Source: Clostridia bacterium
GTDB taxonomy: Bacteria > Bacillota > Clostridia > TANB77 > CAG-508
DNA: 59,733 bases
Direction of reading: 5' to 3'
NCBI GenBank assembly: GCA_022798895.1
Contig: JAAWNJ010000001.1
Coordinates: 1-59,733 of the forward strand
The translations under genes were made by a program, and so were the position numbers. How positions within the stretch are numbered: the first letter of the stretch is position 1; each line of letters begins with the position of its first letter. The notes beneath the pieces are model-generated. The model ran no database searches and was not told the origin of the DNA. It was given only the letters and a program-made list of their open reading frames with translations. Positions 26,420 to 35,372 of this stretch are shown piece by piece.

Positions 26420-26881
26420 TTATTTCGCACAATTTCCACAAATTATTTGACTACCTTGCTTTCCTTCTTCAAATGCCGTGTATATTTCTTCTCCAGATTC
26501 AAAAATTTTTTCACATTTACTACAGTTTGTCTCTACTGGCATATTATATTTTGTTCTTTCTTCTTTGTATGTAGTATAATCACATTTTAGTTTCTTAATG
26601 TTTGTAAATAATCTTTCTGTTTCTCCAACTAAACTCTTTTTCATCTTCTCTATACCTTTATTTATGTCATTCATTTCTTTAAATTCTTTTTCTGTTATCT
26701 TTTGTAGTATTGTACAAGTTAATAATCTTTTGTTAAATTCTTCTTTTGTGTATGTGTCCTGTGGTTCATTCCTAAATCCATCTGGGTCTAATATTTCTAT
26801 TCCCTCATTCTCATATAATTCTTTTGCCCATTCTTCACAAGTCTTTACTTCTAATTCTTTTTCTACTTTCTTTTTACTCAT
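26420..26881 (-). CDS. Hypothetical protein with C-terminal zinc ribbon
   Basis: 153 aa; CSKC...CGNC. Confidence 0.6.
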   Translation of the reverse strand: MSKKKVEKELEVKTCEEWAKELYENEGIEILDPDGFRNEPQDTYTKEEFNKRLLTCTILQKITEKEFKEMNDINKGIEKMKKSLVGETERLFTNIKKLKCDYTTYKEERTKYNMPVETNCSKCEKIFESGEEIYTAFEEGKQGSQIICGNCAK

Positions 26882-27224
26882 TACTTATTTTCCTTTCTAT
26901 TCCTAAATTTTCGTATGCTTCGTCTATTTCTTTGTAAGATGTTAAATAACTACTCAATTCACTATAAACATCATAAACATAATCTTGTGAATATTCATCA
27001 CTATTTAATTCAAATACCTCTTCAATCATATTACACATATTCCAACTACAAGTTCCATCTTCGTAATATTCATTGTGTAATACAACTAAATCTTCTCCTA
27101 TTTTGTTTCCAAATTCTAATATAATTTTCTCTAATAATTCTCTATCGTTTATCTTTTCGTTTTCCATTAACTTATTAACAAATTCATTGTAATTTACTTT
27201 TTCTAAATCTATACTAATTGACAT
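26874..27224 (-). CDS. Hypothetical acidic protein
   Basis: 116 aa ORF, packed against its neighbours. Confidence 0.55.
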   Translation of the reverse strand: MSISIDLEKVNYNEFVNKLMENEKINDRELLEKIILEFGNKIGEDLVVLHNEYYEDGTCSWNMCNMIEEVFELNSDEYSQDYVYDVYSELSSYLTSYKEIDEAYENLGIERKISNE

Positions 27225-27231
27225 TTTAAAT

Positions 27232-27444
27232 TTATCCCTCCCAAACTATTCTATTTATTTTAGGTAATATTATTTCTTCTATTTGATAGCCTTTTTCGTT
27301 AGTTCTATAATGTGCCTTAAAGCCTTTTAGTGCATTCTCTGCTTCTTTTTGTGTTCTATAAAATGGTATTGGATATTTATAAGAACATCTTAAATATTCT
27401 CCTGTGTCTTTATCTATTACTACATAACATTTATCTATCTTCAT
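27232..27444 (-). CDS. Hypothetical protein
   Basis: 70 aa; AGGAGG + ATG. Confidence 0.6.
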   Translation of the reverse strand: MKIDKCYVVIDKDTGEYLRCSYKYPIPFYRTQKEAENALKGFKAHYRTNEKGYQIEEIILPKINRIVWEG

Positions 27445-27457
27445 ATTCTTTTTCCTC

Positions 27458-28654
27458 CTAGTTTTTTGCCTTAAAATTATATATAGGCTTTATTATTTTT
27501 TGTATTTCTACTGTATCTTGTATATTATCTATTATCTCTTGCATAGGTTTATATACAAATGGTGCTTCATCTATTGTTTCTTCTACTACACTTGTTGTAT
27601 AAATATCTTTCATACTTTCTTTAAAATCTTCTAGCTTAAATATTTCTTTTGCTTTATGTCTTGACATTATCCTTCCTGCTCCGTGTGGCGCTGAATTATT
27701 CCAATCTTCATTTCCTTTTCCTATTGCTATAATACTTCCATCTCTCATATTAATTGGAATTAAAACTTTTTCTCCTTTTTTAGCTGATATAGCACCTTTA
27801 CGAACTATATTATCTTCAAATGATATATAATTGTGTATTGTTTCAAAATATTGTTGGTTATTTAATATTCTGTATTTTTTTAATATTTCTATTGCTATAT
27901 GTCCTCTATTTATAGTTGCATAGCTTTGACATATCTTCATATCGTGTAAATACATTTCTCCATATTTGCCTTCTAAATAACATAATTCGTTTGGTAAATT
28001 AGGCTTATTGTCTTTATATTCTTTTTCTAGTTCTTTTAATGCTTTTTGTATTTCTGCTTTTCTTCCCTGCTCTTTGTATGTTTTGATTATTTCTTCTTTC
28101 TTTTGATACATTTCTTCTTTTCCAGAGCATAGTTCTATTGCTAGATTTTGATAATAGTCTGCTACCTGCTTTCCTAAATTTCTACTACCTGTATGAATTA
28201 CTAAATATTTATTACCTTCATCATCAATGTCTACTTCTATAAAGTGATTTCCACCGCCTAGAGTTCCTATCGCTCTATTAAATTTCTTTGTCTCTTTTAA
28301 TTCTCTTAGGCAATATAATTCATTTATCGGCTCAAATTCTAATAGTTTATGTTCTCTTATATTTCTTCCTGCTGGTATGCAATTATTTATTACTTCATCT
28401 AGTTTTTGTAAATCTAAATCTATCTTTCCTAATTCTACACATAGCATACCACACCCAATATCTACTCCAACTATATTAGGTATTACTTTATTACCCAAAT
28501 CTGCTGTAAAACCAATTACACAGCCTTTTCCTGCATGTACATCTGGCATTATTCTTACTTTGCAATCTCTAAAAGGTTCTTGTTGTAGCAACAACTCTAT
28601 TTGCTCTACCGCTTCTTGTTCTATATTATCTGTGAATATTTTTAAATCTTTCAC
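27458..28654 (-). CDS. rtcB: RtcB-family 3'-phosphate/5'-hydroxyl RNA ligase
   Basis: 398 aa with the motifs MPDVHAGKG, DIGCGM, GGGNHFIE, HTGSRNLG and APHGAGR. Confidence 0.85.
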   Translation of the reverse strand: MKDLKIFTDNIEQEAVEQIELLLQQEPFRDCKVRIMPDVHAGKGCVIGFTADLGNKVIPNIVGVDIGCGMLCVELGKIDLDLQKLDEVINNCIPAGRNIREHKLLEFEPINELYCLRELKETKKFNRAIGTLGGGNHFIEVDIDDEGNKYLVIHTGSRNLGKQVADYYQNLAIELCSGKEEMYQKKEEIIKTYKEQGRKAEIQKALKELEKEYKDNKPNLPNELCYLEGKYGEMYLHDMKICQSYATINRGHIAIEILKKYRILNNQQYFETIHNYISFEDNIVRKGAISAKKGEKVLIPINMRDGSIIAIGKGNEDWNNSAPHGAGRIMSRHKAKEIFKLEDFKESMKDIYTTSVVEETIDEAPFVYKPMQEIIDNIQDTVEIQKIIKPIYNFKAKN

Positions 28655-28664
28655 TTGTTCCCTC

Positions 28665-29024
28665 CTACTTATTCCATTTTACTCTATTTTTATCATTTAC
28701 TATTGCCTCAAATTCAATGCCATTTTCTTTTAATTCTCCTATACAGTCATCTATTGAAATATGTCCAGTCCTAAATGCATCTACATTATCCCATATTCTC
28801 TTCATAACTTCTGGTAATCTCTTCTTTCCTAGTCCACATACATATCTTAGTGTGTATGTTACTGCTATACTGTATATGTCTAAGTACTGGTCTATTAACT
28901 GTTTTGTTTCTTTTTCAGATTGTACTATAATGTCATTTTCTACATCTTCAATAAACTTTCTTAACTTTTTAGGATTATCTAATACTTTTGTTAATTGCTT
29001 TTCTTGTCTATGTGTTAAGTTCAT
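28665..29024 (-). CDS. Hypothetical protein
   Basis: 119 aa; AGGAGA + ATG. Confidence 0.6.
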   Translation of the reverse strand: MNLTHRQEKQLTKVLDNPKKLRKFIEDVENDIIVQSEKETKQLIDQYLDIYSIAVTYTLRYVCGLGKKRLPEVMKRIWDNVDAFRTGHISIDDCIGELKENGIEFEAIVNDKNRVKWNK

Positions 29025-29042
29025 TTCATTTTCTCCTATTCT

Positions 29043-29330
29043 TCACAATATTTTTCTTGCTTGTTTTTTAGTTTCTTTCAAATCTTTTTTAGCTTGTTTT
29101 AACTGTTCTTCTACTTTTAATAATTGTATAAAACCGTTATCAATTCCCTCTTTCAATGCTTTCTTGTACATATCTGTCTTTAGTTTTCCATATTGGTCTA
29201 TTAACATTTCTTGTACTTTCATTATCATATTAAAACTCATTTTATTTATTTCAACTGTTAATTCATTTATTATTAATTGGTCTTCTACAAAATCACTTGC
29301 ATTGAATATTAAATCAAATATACTATTCAT
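29043..29330 (-). CDS. Hypothetical protein
   Basis: 95 aa; overlaps the upstream gene. Confidence 0.55.
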   Translation of the reverse strand: MNSIFDLIFNASDFVEDQLIINELTVEINKMSFNMIMKVQEMLIDQYGKLKTDMYKKALKEGIDNGFIQLLKVEEQLKQAKKDLKETKKQARKIL

Positions 29331-29682
29331 CTGTATTCTCTCTTTCCTTTTCTAAATTTTGTGTAAATAAATAATTGTACAAATAACTAGCTGTTGATAT
29401 ATCTATTTCTTTACCATTTTCATCTGTAAAACAACCTTTTTCATATTTTCTTCCATAATCAAGTTCATATAGCCAGTAACTTATTGTCTCTGTATCATTA
29501 AATATATTTTCTAATAACTGTACTACTATTGTTTCGTGCCCTACACATATACTTCCTGCATTCATAAAGTCCATTTCTTGATTATCTATATTCTCTCTAA
29601 ATAAGTCTTGTATTTTATCTTGTAAGTCGTTGTAATTTCTTAATCTATTTATTATTTTTATAAACTGTTCCTTACTAATCAT
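29323..29682 (-). CDS. Hypothetical protein
   Basis: 119 aa; AAGGAGA + ATG. Confidence 0.6.
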   Translation of the reverse strand: MISKEQFIKIINRLRNYNDLQDKIQDLFRENIDNQEMDFMNAGSICVGHETIVVQLLENIFNDTETISYWLYELDYGRKYEKGCFTDENGKEIDISTASYLYNYLFTQNLEKERENTDE

Positions 29683-29700
29683 TTTTCCTTTTCTCCTTAT

Positions 29701-30108
29701 CTATTTTTCTTCTAGTAGTTCTTGTAAAACTTCTATTATAAATTCTCTTATTTGATTTTCTATTTCATCTTTCCCATTACTTCCACCAGACAAGTTCAAC
29801 TCTTTTATCTTGTTTTCTATCTTATCTCTACCTATATATTTAGTTCTTAATATTTTATGTAGCATTTCTGGTGTTACAATTTTATTAACTGTATTTTCAA
29901 AATACCAGTTTCTAGCATAAGTTAATTTATCATTTTCTTTTTCTATTTCTTTTACTTTGTTTTCTAGTTGGTCTATGTATTGTAATATGTTTTCTATTTC
30001 TTTTATACTTATAGTTTCATCTTTGTCTCCTGTAATATAACCTAATACATGACAGCCTTTATCAAAATCTAACTTCTTTTTTAGTTTTTCTATTTCTTTA
30101 TTTTGCAT
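29701..30108 (-). CDS. Hypothetical coiled-coil protein (paralogue of 32008..32283)
   Basis: Shares MQNKEIE and QYIDQLE with the 32008 gene. Confidence 0.6.
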   Translation of the reverse strand: MQNKEIEKLKKKLDFDKGCHVLGYITGDKDETISIKEIENILQYIDQLENKVKEIEKENDKLTYARNWYFENTVNKIVTPEMLHKILRTKYIGRDKIENKIKELNLSGGSNGKDEIENQIREFIIEVLQELLEEK

Positions 30109-30256
30109 TGTTACACCTCTCTAAACTTTCTTTAAAATCAATGTATAATTCACAATTTTCGCATTTATTGTCGCAATAAATATATGTTTCGTAGTGTAGA
30201 GGACAAATCGTATAACCTTGTTCTTCTGCTAAGGCATCTCTTAACCATTGTTCCAT
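30098..30256 (-). CDS. Small Cys-rich protein (52 aa)
   Basis: AGGAGG + 4 nt + ATG. ..CPLHYETYIYCDNKCENC.. Its stop overlaps the next start. Confidence 0.45.
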   Translation of the reverse strand: MEQWLRDALAEEQGYTICPLHYETYIYCDNKCENCELYIDFKESLERCNNAK

Positions 30257-30264
30257 ATTTCCTC

Positions 30265-30894
30265 CTAATCAAAATCTTTTACTTTTATTTTAACTATAAC
30301 CCTATTACCACATCTATCTTGCATTTCTACAACTGTTCTACCAACTATACCTTCACTATTAGCAGTACCTATCTTTGATTTTGGTTTTGTTTTAACATAG
30401 TCTACCGCTTCCTGTATTGTTCCTTCTAAAACTATTGGTACTGCTTCTATATTGAAATAATTTGCTATATCTTCTACACTTTCTCTAGGTTGCCAATTTC
30501 CTGCTATCATTACATCAAATAAGATAAAGTCTTGATTATCTCTATATAAGCCACCATTCTGTATTTTAGCACCATATCCCTCGCCTACTAATACTACTTC
30601 TGTTGCTCCAAATTTTTGCTCGAATAGTTGCTCGTTTACTTCTCCACCAAATAACTCATTTAATCTATTTACTAATTCTGCTGGTATTTGTGCCTTATCT
30701 GTTCTTCCATAAAAACTTACTCTATGTCCGTCCCAGTGTATTCTTATATTTGTTCCATCTATCTTTTCTGTAAATTGCCATTTATTGTCTTTTAAATATT
30801 CTACTGTTTTATTTCTATATTGTCCTTCTATTAATTTTTTTGTTTTTTCATCTCTTTCAAAAAGAGTTTCTATTTTATGATATTCTTTTAACAT
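30265..30894 (-). CDS. ATP-dependent RNA ligase family protein
   Basis: 209 aa. Nucleotidyltransferase motif I EKIDGTN, ..VLVGEGYG.., and ..VIVKIKVKDF (motif V-like). Confidence 0.7.
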   Translation of the reverse strand: MLKEYHKIETLFERDEKTKKLIEGQYRNKTVEYLKDNKWQFTEKIDGTNIRIHWDGHRVSFYGRTDKAQIPAELVNRLNELFGGEVNEQLFEQKFGATEVVLVGEGYGAKIQNGGLYRDNQDFILFDVMIAGNWQPRESVEDIANYFNIEAVPIVLEGTIQEAVDYVKTKPKSKIGTANSEGIVGRTVVEMQDRCGNRVIVKIKVKDFD

Positions 30895-30896
30895 AA

Positions 30897-31163
30897 CTAT
30901 TCCTCCACTTTTTCTACGTTTAAAAAAATATAAATTTTACTTATATTCTCTAGTGTTTGTTTTTTATCTTTTTCTAAATCGTTTTCTGAATTTAATATTG
31001 TGTCAAAATCTCCAGTTAACGCAAAAGTAAATCCTGCTATTAATTCCATTAGATTCATATTGTATGGATTTTTTTTATAACTTTCAATTATTACCTTAAT
31101 TAATTTTCTTGTATGTATGAAATCAAAATTTGCATTACACTTCTCTCCACATATTTTTAACAT
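30897..31163 (-). CDS. Hypothetical protein
   Basis: GAGGAGG + ATG (MLKICGEK..). Confidence 0.55.
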   Translation of the reverse strand: MLKICGEKCNANFDFIHTRKLIKVIIESYKKNPYNMNLMELIAGFTFALTGDFDTILNSENDLEKDKKQTLENISKIYIFLNVEKVEE

Positions 31164-31165
31164 CT

Positions 31166-31867
31166 TTATTCCTCCTCTGATTTCCAACTTCCGTCTTTTT
31201 GTTCCTTTAATTCTATTGTTTTAAGGCTCTTGCCTTGTTTTAATTGCTGTATCATAGCACTTATTTTATTCATATCTGTTTCGCTTCTATGTTCAATGAC
31301 TACTGGTGACTGTGCTTCTATCATTCCAAATTCTGCTTTACTTCTAAACATAGTTGTTATATTATCTATTTCTTTTAATTGTGCTGATGTAAGTGTTGTA
31401 TCTGTTAAATAGTCGTTTATTCGCATTATTACATCTTGCATACTTTCATCTGGCGACATTAAGTAATTATTATATGTTGCTGTTGAAATATCAGCAAATG
31501 CACAAAAACTGCCTTTTGAAGGTGGATATTTTACCTTTTTATTTATTGCTACTATTGCTTGTCTGTAATATTTAAATACTATGTTTAATTCTTCTGCTGT
31601 GTATTTTAAAGGTTGTCCTATTAAGTTGTGTGGTCTTAATATCTCATTTATTTCTATTGTACTTAAGCCTTGTACTTCTTCTTTTACACTTAATTGCTCT
31701 GCTATCTCATTTAATCTAGTTTCTAATTTTTGTGGTAATTCCTTTTTATATTCTTCTAATATGCTTTTCTCTCCTGCTTTTACTAACATTTCTTTCTTTT
31801 GCTGTTCTACTATTTTCTTATCTTTTGTTTCTAAACTTTCTTTATATTGTTTTTTCCTTAAAATCAC
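31166..31867 (-). CDS. Terminase small subunit-like protein (start GTG 31867 or AGG 31858)
   Basis: ..KYPPSKGSFCAFADISTATYNNYL..ITTMFRSKAEFGMIE.. resembles TerS HTH-type proteins. GGAGA abuts the GTG but lies 9 nt before the in-frame AGG. Confidence 0.55.
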   Translation of the reverse strand: MILRKKQYKESLETKDKKIVEQQKKEMLVKAGEKSILEEYKKELPQKLETRLNEIAEQLSVKEEVQGLSTIEINEILRPHNLIGQPLKYTAEELNIVFKYYRQAIVAINKKVKYPPSKGSFCAFADISTATYNNYLMSPDESMQDVIMRINDYLTDTTLTSAQLKEIDNITTMFRSKAEFGMIEAQSPVVIEHRSETDMNKISAMIQQLKQGKSLKTIELKEQKDGSWKSEEE

Positions 31868-32024
31868 TCTCCAATTCTTCTAATTTCCATTCTCCATACA
31901 TTTTAGCAAGTTTTGCTTTTACATACTCACTTTCTTTATCTGTTAATTCTCTACTTATTTTTATAAATGCTAATGCAAAATCAATATAGGCTTTACACTT
32001 ACCTGTATCAATCTCCTTCTTCAT
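31842..32024 (-). CDS. Hypothetical protein
   Basis: 60 aa ORF, packed. Confidence 0.45.
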   Translation of the reverse strand: MKKEIDTGKCKAYIDFALAFIKISRELTDKESEYVKAKLAKMYGEWKLEELESDFKEKTI

Positions 32025-32283
32025 TTACTACCTCCAATATATTTAAAATATTCTTTAAAACTATTGTACTACTTTCTTTGTGTAAATCTAATAAACTTAT
32101 TCTTCTCTGTATTTCTAATGCTAAATTCTCTTTTTCTAGTTGGTCTATGTATTGTTTAATGCTATTGTAATTATTTAATTGCTTTTGTAGTAACTCTTCT
32201 ATGCTTTCTTCATGGTCATCATATATTGGCTCACATTCATTTTCTAGCCAGTATAATGCTTCTTCTATTTCTTTATTTTGCAT
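32008..32283 (-). CDS. Hypothetical coiled-coil protein
   Basis: 91 aa; paralogue of 29701..30108. Confidence 0.55.
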   Translation of the reverse strand: MQNKEIEEALYWLENECEPIYDDHEESIEELLQKQLNNYNSIKQYIDQLEKENLALEIQRRISLLDLHKESSTIVLKNILNILEVVNEEGD

Positions 32284-32316
32284 CTTCCTACCTCTTTCTT
32301 ATTCTCTTGCCATAGG

Positions 32317-32547
32317 CTAGTCCTTATCTTTACTCTCTAATACTGTTACTTTATTTAAACAGTTTGGGCACTTTATGTATTCATGATATGTATGTATATC
32401 CTTTATTTCGCTCGAAACTTCATTACTTGGAAATTCTAATATTGCATGACAATTATTGCATTCTCTTATTATATATACATTACTTGTTCTTCCTTTGTTG
32501 CTTCTTCTAAAGCCTATTACTCTACAATCAGTTAACCATTGTTCCAT
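32317..32547 (-). CDS. Zinc-ribbon protein
   Basis: 76 aa; CNNC...CPNC. Confidence 0.55.
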   Translation of the reverse strand: MEQWLTDCRVIGFRRSNKGRTSNVYIIRECNNCHAILEFPSNEVSSEIKDIHTYHEYIKCPNCLNKVTVLESKDKD

Positions 32548-32558
32548 ATTTCTCCCTC

Positions 32559-32837
32559 CTAAAATGGCAAATTATTATTGTTCTTATTAAATAACTCATC
32601 TATTTTATTTGAAAAATGAGCCTTTATTTGGTCTACTATGTAATATCTAAATTTTGCCTTTATCTTTCTTAGTCCTTTTAATTCGTAATTTATAGTGTAT
32701 TCTGGGTCTACTGTTCCATAAGCCCAATGTGCTAGATACTCTCCACAATCCTCACAATATATATCGTATTCAACTGTATGATAATCTTCTCTTATAACGT
32801 TTCTTTCTCCGTGATGTTTGTGTTTACATTTCCTCAT
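32559..32837 (-). CDS. Small zinc-binding protein ending in ..NNNNLPF
   Basis: 92 aa; CEDCGEY..; C-terminal LPF. Confidence 0.55.
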   Translation of the reverse strand: MRKCKHKHHGERNVIREDYHTVEYDIYCEDCGEYLAHWAYGTVDPEYTINYELKGLRKIKAKFRYYIVDQIKAHFSNKIDELFNKNNNNLPF

Positions 32838-32850
32838 CTCTTATCTCCTC

Positions 32851-33246
32851 TCAAAATGGTAATTCATCTTGTCCTATATCAAATGCAAAACTATCTTGTG
32901 GCTCTTGCTTTGGTTGACTTGTCTTTTGAACTTCGTCTATACCTTCTTCTAATAAATCAAATTCACTTACAAATATCTTGTCAAAGTATTTATATTTAGG
33001 CTTTCCATCTTCGTTTACATCTTCTGTTGATATTTTGTAGGGTGTTATCCAGCCTTTTGTCACCTCTATTACTGATTTATTCTTTACTTCTACACCTTTT
33101 CTAAAAGTTACTTTTTTACTCATGTATGTATCTTCTGTTTCTCCATTTTCTTTTGTTATTGTACTTTTTATGTATGTCTTATATCTTCCCTTTTCATCTT
33201 TATAAATTGTTAATTTGCTTGGCTCATTTCCTATATTTATACTCAT
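32851..33246 (-). CDS. SSB-like protein (acidic C-terminal tip DELPF)
   Basis: 131 aa. The tail ..QEPQDSFAFDIGQDELPF mimics the SSB tip D-D-D-I/L-P-F. The OB fold was not verified. Confidence 0.45.
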   Translation of the reverse strand: MSINIGNEPSKLTIYKDEKGRYKTYIKSTITKENGETEDTYMSKKVTFRKGVEVKNKSVIEVTKGWITPYKISTEDVNEDGKPKYKYFDKIFVSEFDLLEEGIDEVQKTSQPKQEPQDSFAFDIGQDELPF

Positions 33247-33521
33247 CTTAAATCCTCCTCTATAATATAACCTACTTCTCTTATGGTTTTTATTTCTATA
33301 TTTTTACCTATCTTCTTTCTTAACAATGATATATGTTTTCTTATCAAGTTCTTTAAGAAAATATTACATTCCGTTCTATATACCTTTTCTGCTATATCTT
33401 CATATGTAATCAATTGATTTGTACTACTATAAAGTAACTCTAATATAGCATTTTGTTTTTTAGTTAAATATATTGTTTCATTATCTAATAAAACTCTGTG
33501 TCCTTCAAAATCTATCTTCAT
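33243..33521 (-). CDS. Winged-helix regulator (OmpR/PhoB C-terminal-domain-like)
   Basis: ..LTKKQNAILELLYSS..LITYEDIAEKVY......IRKHISLLRKKIG..IKTIREVGYII.. Confidence 0.6.
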   Translation of the reverse strand: MKIDFEGHRVLLDNETIYLTKKQNAILELLYSSTNQLITYEDIAEKVYRTECNIFLKNLIRKHISLLRKKIGKNIEIKTIREVGYIIEEDLR

Positions 33522-33532
33522 TTGTACCTCCT

Positions 33533-33724
33533 CTAAAAATATCTATCCCTCTCTGGTTTTATATTCTTACTAATTTTCACATTGTTTTTAATCTGTACTA
33601 AATCTTGAAGTAAAAAACTTTCTCTATATCCAACATTCATTTCTTGATATGAATAATGGCTCGGATATTTCTTTACAAATATGTACTCTCTATTATTCTT
33701 GCTAATCACTTTTGGTATTCTCAT
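33533..33724 (-). CDS. Hypothetical protein
   Basis: AAGAGGTG + 6 nt + ATG (MRIPKV..). Confidence 0.5.
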   Translation of the reverse strand: MRIPKVISKNNREYIFVKKYPSHYSYQEMNVGYRESFLLQDLVQIKNNVKISKNIKPERDRYF

Positions 33725-33859
33725 TATTAACACCTCTTATCATAAGTTTACTTCTTCTCTACTATAATTTGCCACCATAAAAAGTAATAAATTTTAATTG
33801 CATTATTTTCAAATTTTCTAAATCCTTGAGAATTATCACATTTCTTTATTTTCATATAT

Positions 33860-34129
33860 CTATTTCCTTTCTAGTAATTCTTGTAAAACATCTCTTATTT
33901 CATTTATAATGTTCAATCTAAATAGTTCATTATTTCCTATATCTTTTTTGTAAATTTCTTTTTCTTCTTTGTTTAGTCCTTCTATTTTTTCTTCTATAAC
34001 TTGCTTAGGTATAGAATTTTCTAATGCATTTAAAACTAAATCCATTTCTTTTGCACTTACACAAGACATATCTTGACCATTAATAAACATTTTCATATTT
34101 TTTATAGCTTCTTTTAATTCTTTATCCAT
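33860..34129 (-). CDS. Hypothetical protein (paralogue of 14044..14283)
   Basis: 89 aa; GAGGTG + ATG. Confidence 0.6.
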   Translation of the reverse strand: MDKELKEAIKNMKMFINGQDMSCVSAKEMDLVLNALENSIPKQVIEEKIEGLNKEEKEIYKKDIGNNELFRLNIINEIRDVLQELLERK

Positions 34130-34140
34130 CTAAAACACCT

Positions 34141-34419
34141 CTAATCATGATTTTTATTCTTTTCTCTAACTATTTTTATACATAATGTATCGTCATTCCA
34201 ACTATGTCTATCATATATTTCAAATCCATTATCTTCTTTATAAGCATAATTCTTAACTAAATCGCCACATACTGTATTTGTTAATGTAAAATACCATCTG
34301 CTTTTATGAAGTTCTTTTAAAAATGGATTATCATCAATTTCTTTTCGCTCAATATATAAATTTCCATATCTATCTTTTTTAGCTTTTCCTAATAATTTCA
34401 TAAATTCATTTAATTCCAT
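34141..34419 (-). CDS. Hypothetical protein
   Basis: 92 aa ORF. Confidence 0.55.
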   Translation of the reverse strand: MELNEFMKLLGKAKKDRYGNLYIERKEIDDNPFLKELHKSRWYFTLTNTVCGDLVKNYAYKEDNGFEIYDRHSWNDDTLCIKIVREKNKNHD

Positions 34420-34628
34420 CCTAATTCCCTCACTTTTTCATTTATTGCTTGTAGTTCTTGTATGCTTATTGGTAAACTATTACCCAAATCAGTTTCACAA
34501 ATTGTTCTTTTATTGTCTAAGTCAAATTCTATATTTTCTAAATATTGATTTTTATATACTATGCTATTTCTTTTTACTTTTATTAATTTATATCCTAAGT
34601 TTTTAAACATCTCATCCGCTTTGCTCAT
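34410..34628 (-). CDS. Hypothetical protein (KADEMFKNLGY family)
   Basis: ATG (MSKADEMF..); paralogue of 25982..26257. Confidence 0.55.
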   Translation of the reverse strand: MSKADEMFKNLGYKLIKVKRNSIVYKNQYLENIEFDLDNKRTICETDLGNSLPISIQELQAINEKVRELGWN

Positions 34629-34938
34629 TTTCACTCTTCTCCTTTAAAAGTGGTAATAATTCTCGTTTTATATAATTTCTAACTGGGTCTATTTTCTGTT
34701 TCAATATAATTTTGTGATTATCTTTATACTCTACTGTAAAACCATTGCTACTATCTTGTTCTAACTTCTCTATTAGTTTTTGCTCTCTTGCTTCTAATTG
34801 TTCTATGTATTTTAATAGTAGTTCTACTGCTAACTCTACTTTTATAACTCCATCTGTTGTAAACCAAGTTATAAAATCTCCAATTGATAATGGATATAAA
34901 ATTTCCTTAGCTTTTTCTATTTCTTCTTTGTTTATCAT
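34612..34938 (-). CDS. Hypothetical protein
   Basis: 108 aa ORF. Confidence 0.55.
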   Translation of the reverse strand: MINKEEIEKAKEILYPLSIGDFITWFTTDGVIKVELAVELLLKYIEQLEAREQKLIEKLEQDSSNGFTVEYKDNHKIILKQKIDPVRNYIKRELLPLLKEKSENEQSG

Positions 34939-35095
34939 CTTGCACCTCTACTTTTATTTTTTTATTACAATTGTAGCAATAAATATAATATTGTTTTTTT
35001 AAAAATTTCTTTTCTACTGTTACAGAAATATGTTTACTTTGGCATACTGGACAACATCTGTAATCAGTATATGCTCTATCTTTTCTTTTGCTCAT
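34907..35095 (-). CDS. Zinc-ribbon protein
   Basis: 62 aa; CCPVC...CYNC. Confidence 0.5.
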   Translation of the reverse strand: MSKRKDRAYTDYRCCPVCQSKHISVTVEKKFLKKQYYIYCYNCNKKIKVEVQDDKQRRNRKS

Positions 35096-35111
35096 AGCTT
35101 GTCCTCGCTTT

Positions 35112-35372
35112 CTATCTTTCTACTTTTTCTACTAAACCTGCTTGAATTAAATCGTATAATTTATCTAATGACATACCACATCCATGAACCCATATTTCTC
35201 TCTCGTCAAATGCTCTAATAGAAATTTGTGCAGATTTAGTACATCCTTTAACTTCTATGTAATCTTCCCAACTAAAACACGAATTGTGTGGCAAAACAAC
35301 ATTTTCTTTATATTTAAAATCAAACTTCTCTTCTAATATTTTTAAATTAACATCATCTTTTATTTTTAGCAT
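35112..35372 (-). CDS. Hypothetical protein
   Basis: 86 aa ORF. Confidence 0.55.
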   Translation of the reverse strand: MLKIKDDVNLKILEEKFDFKYKENVVLPHNSCFSWEDYIEVKGCTKSAQISIRAFDEREIWVHGCGMSLDKLYDLIQAGLVEKVER

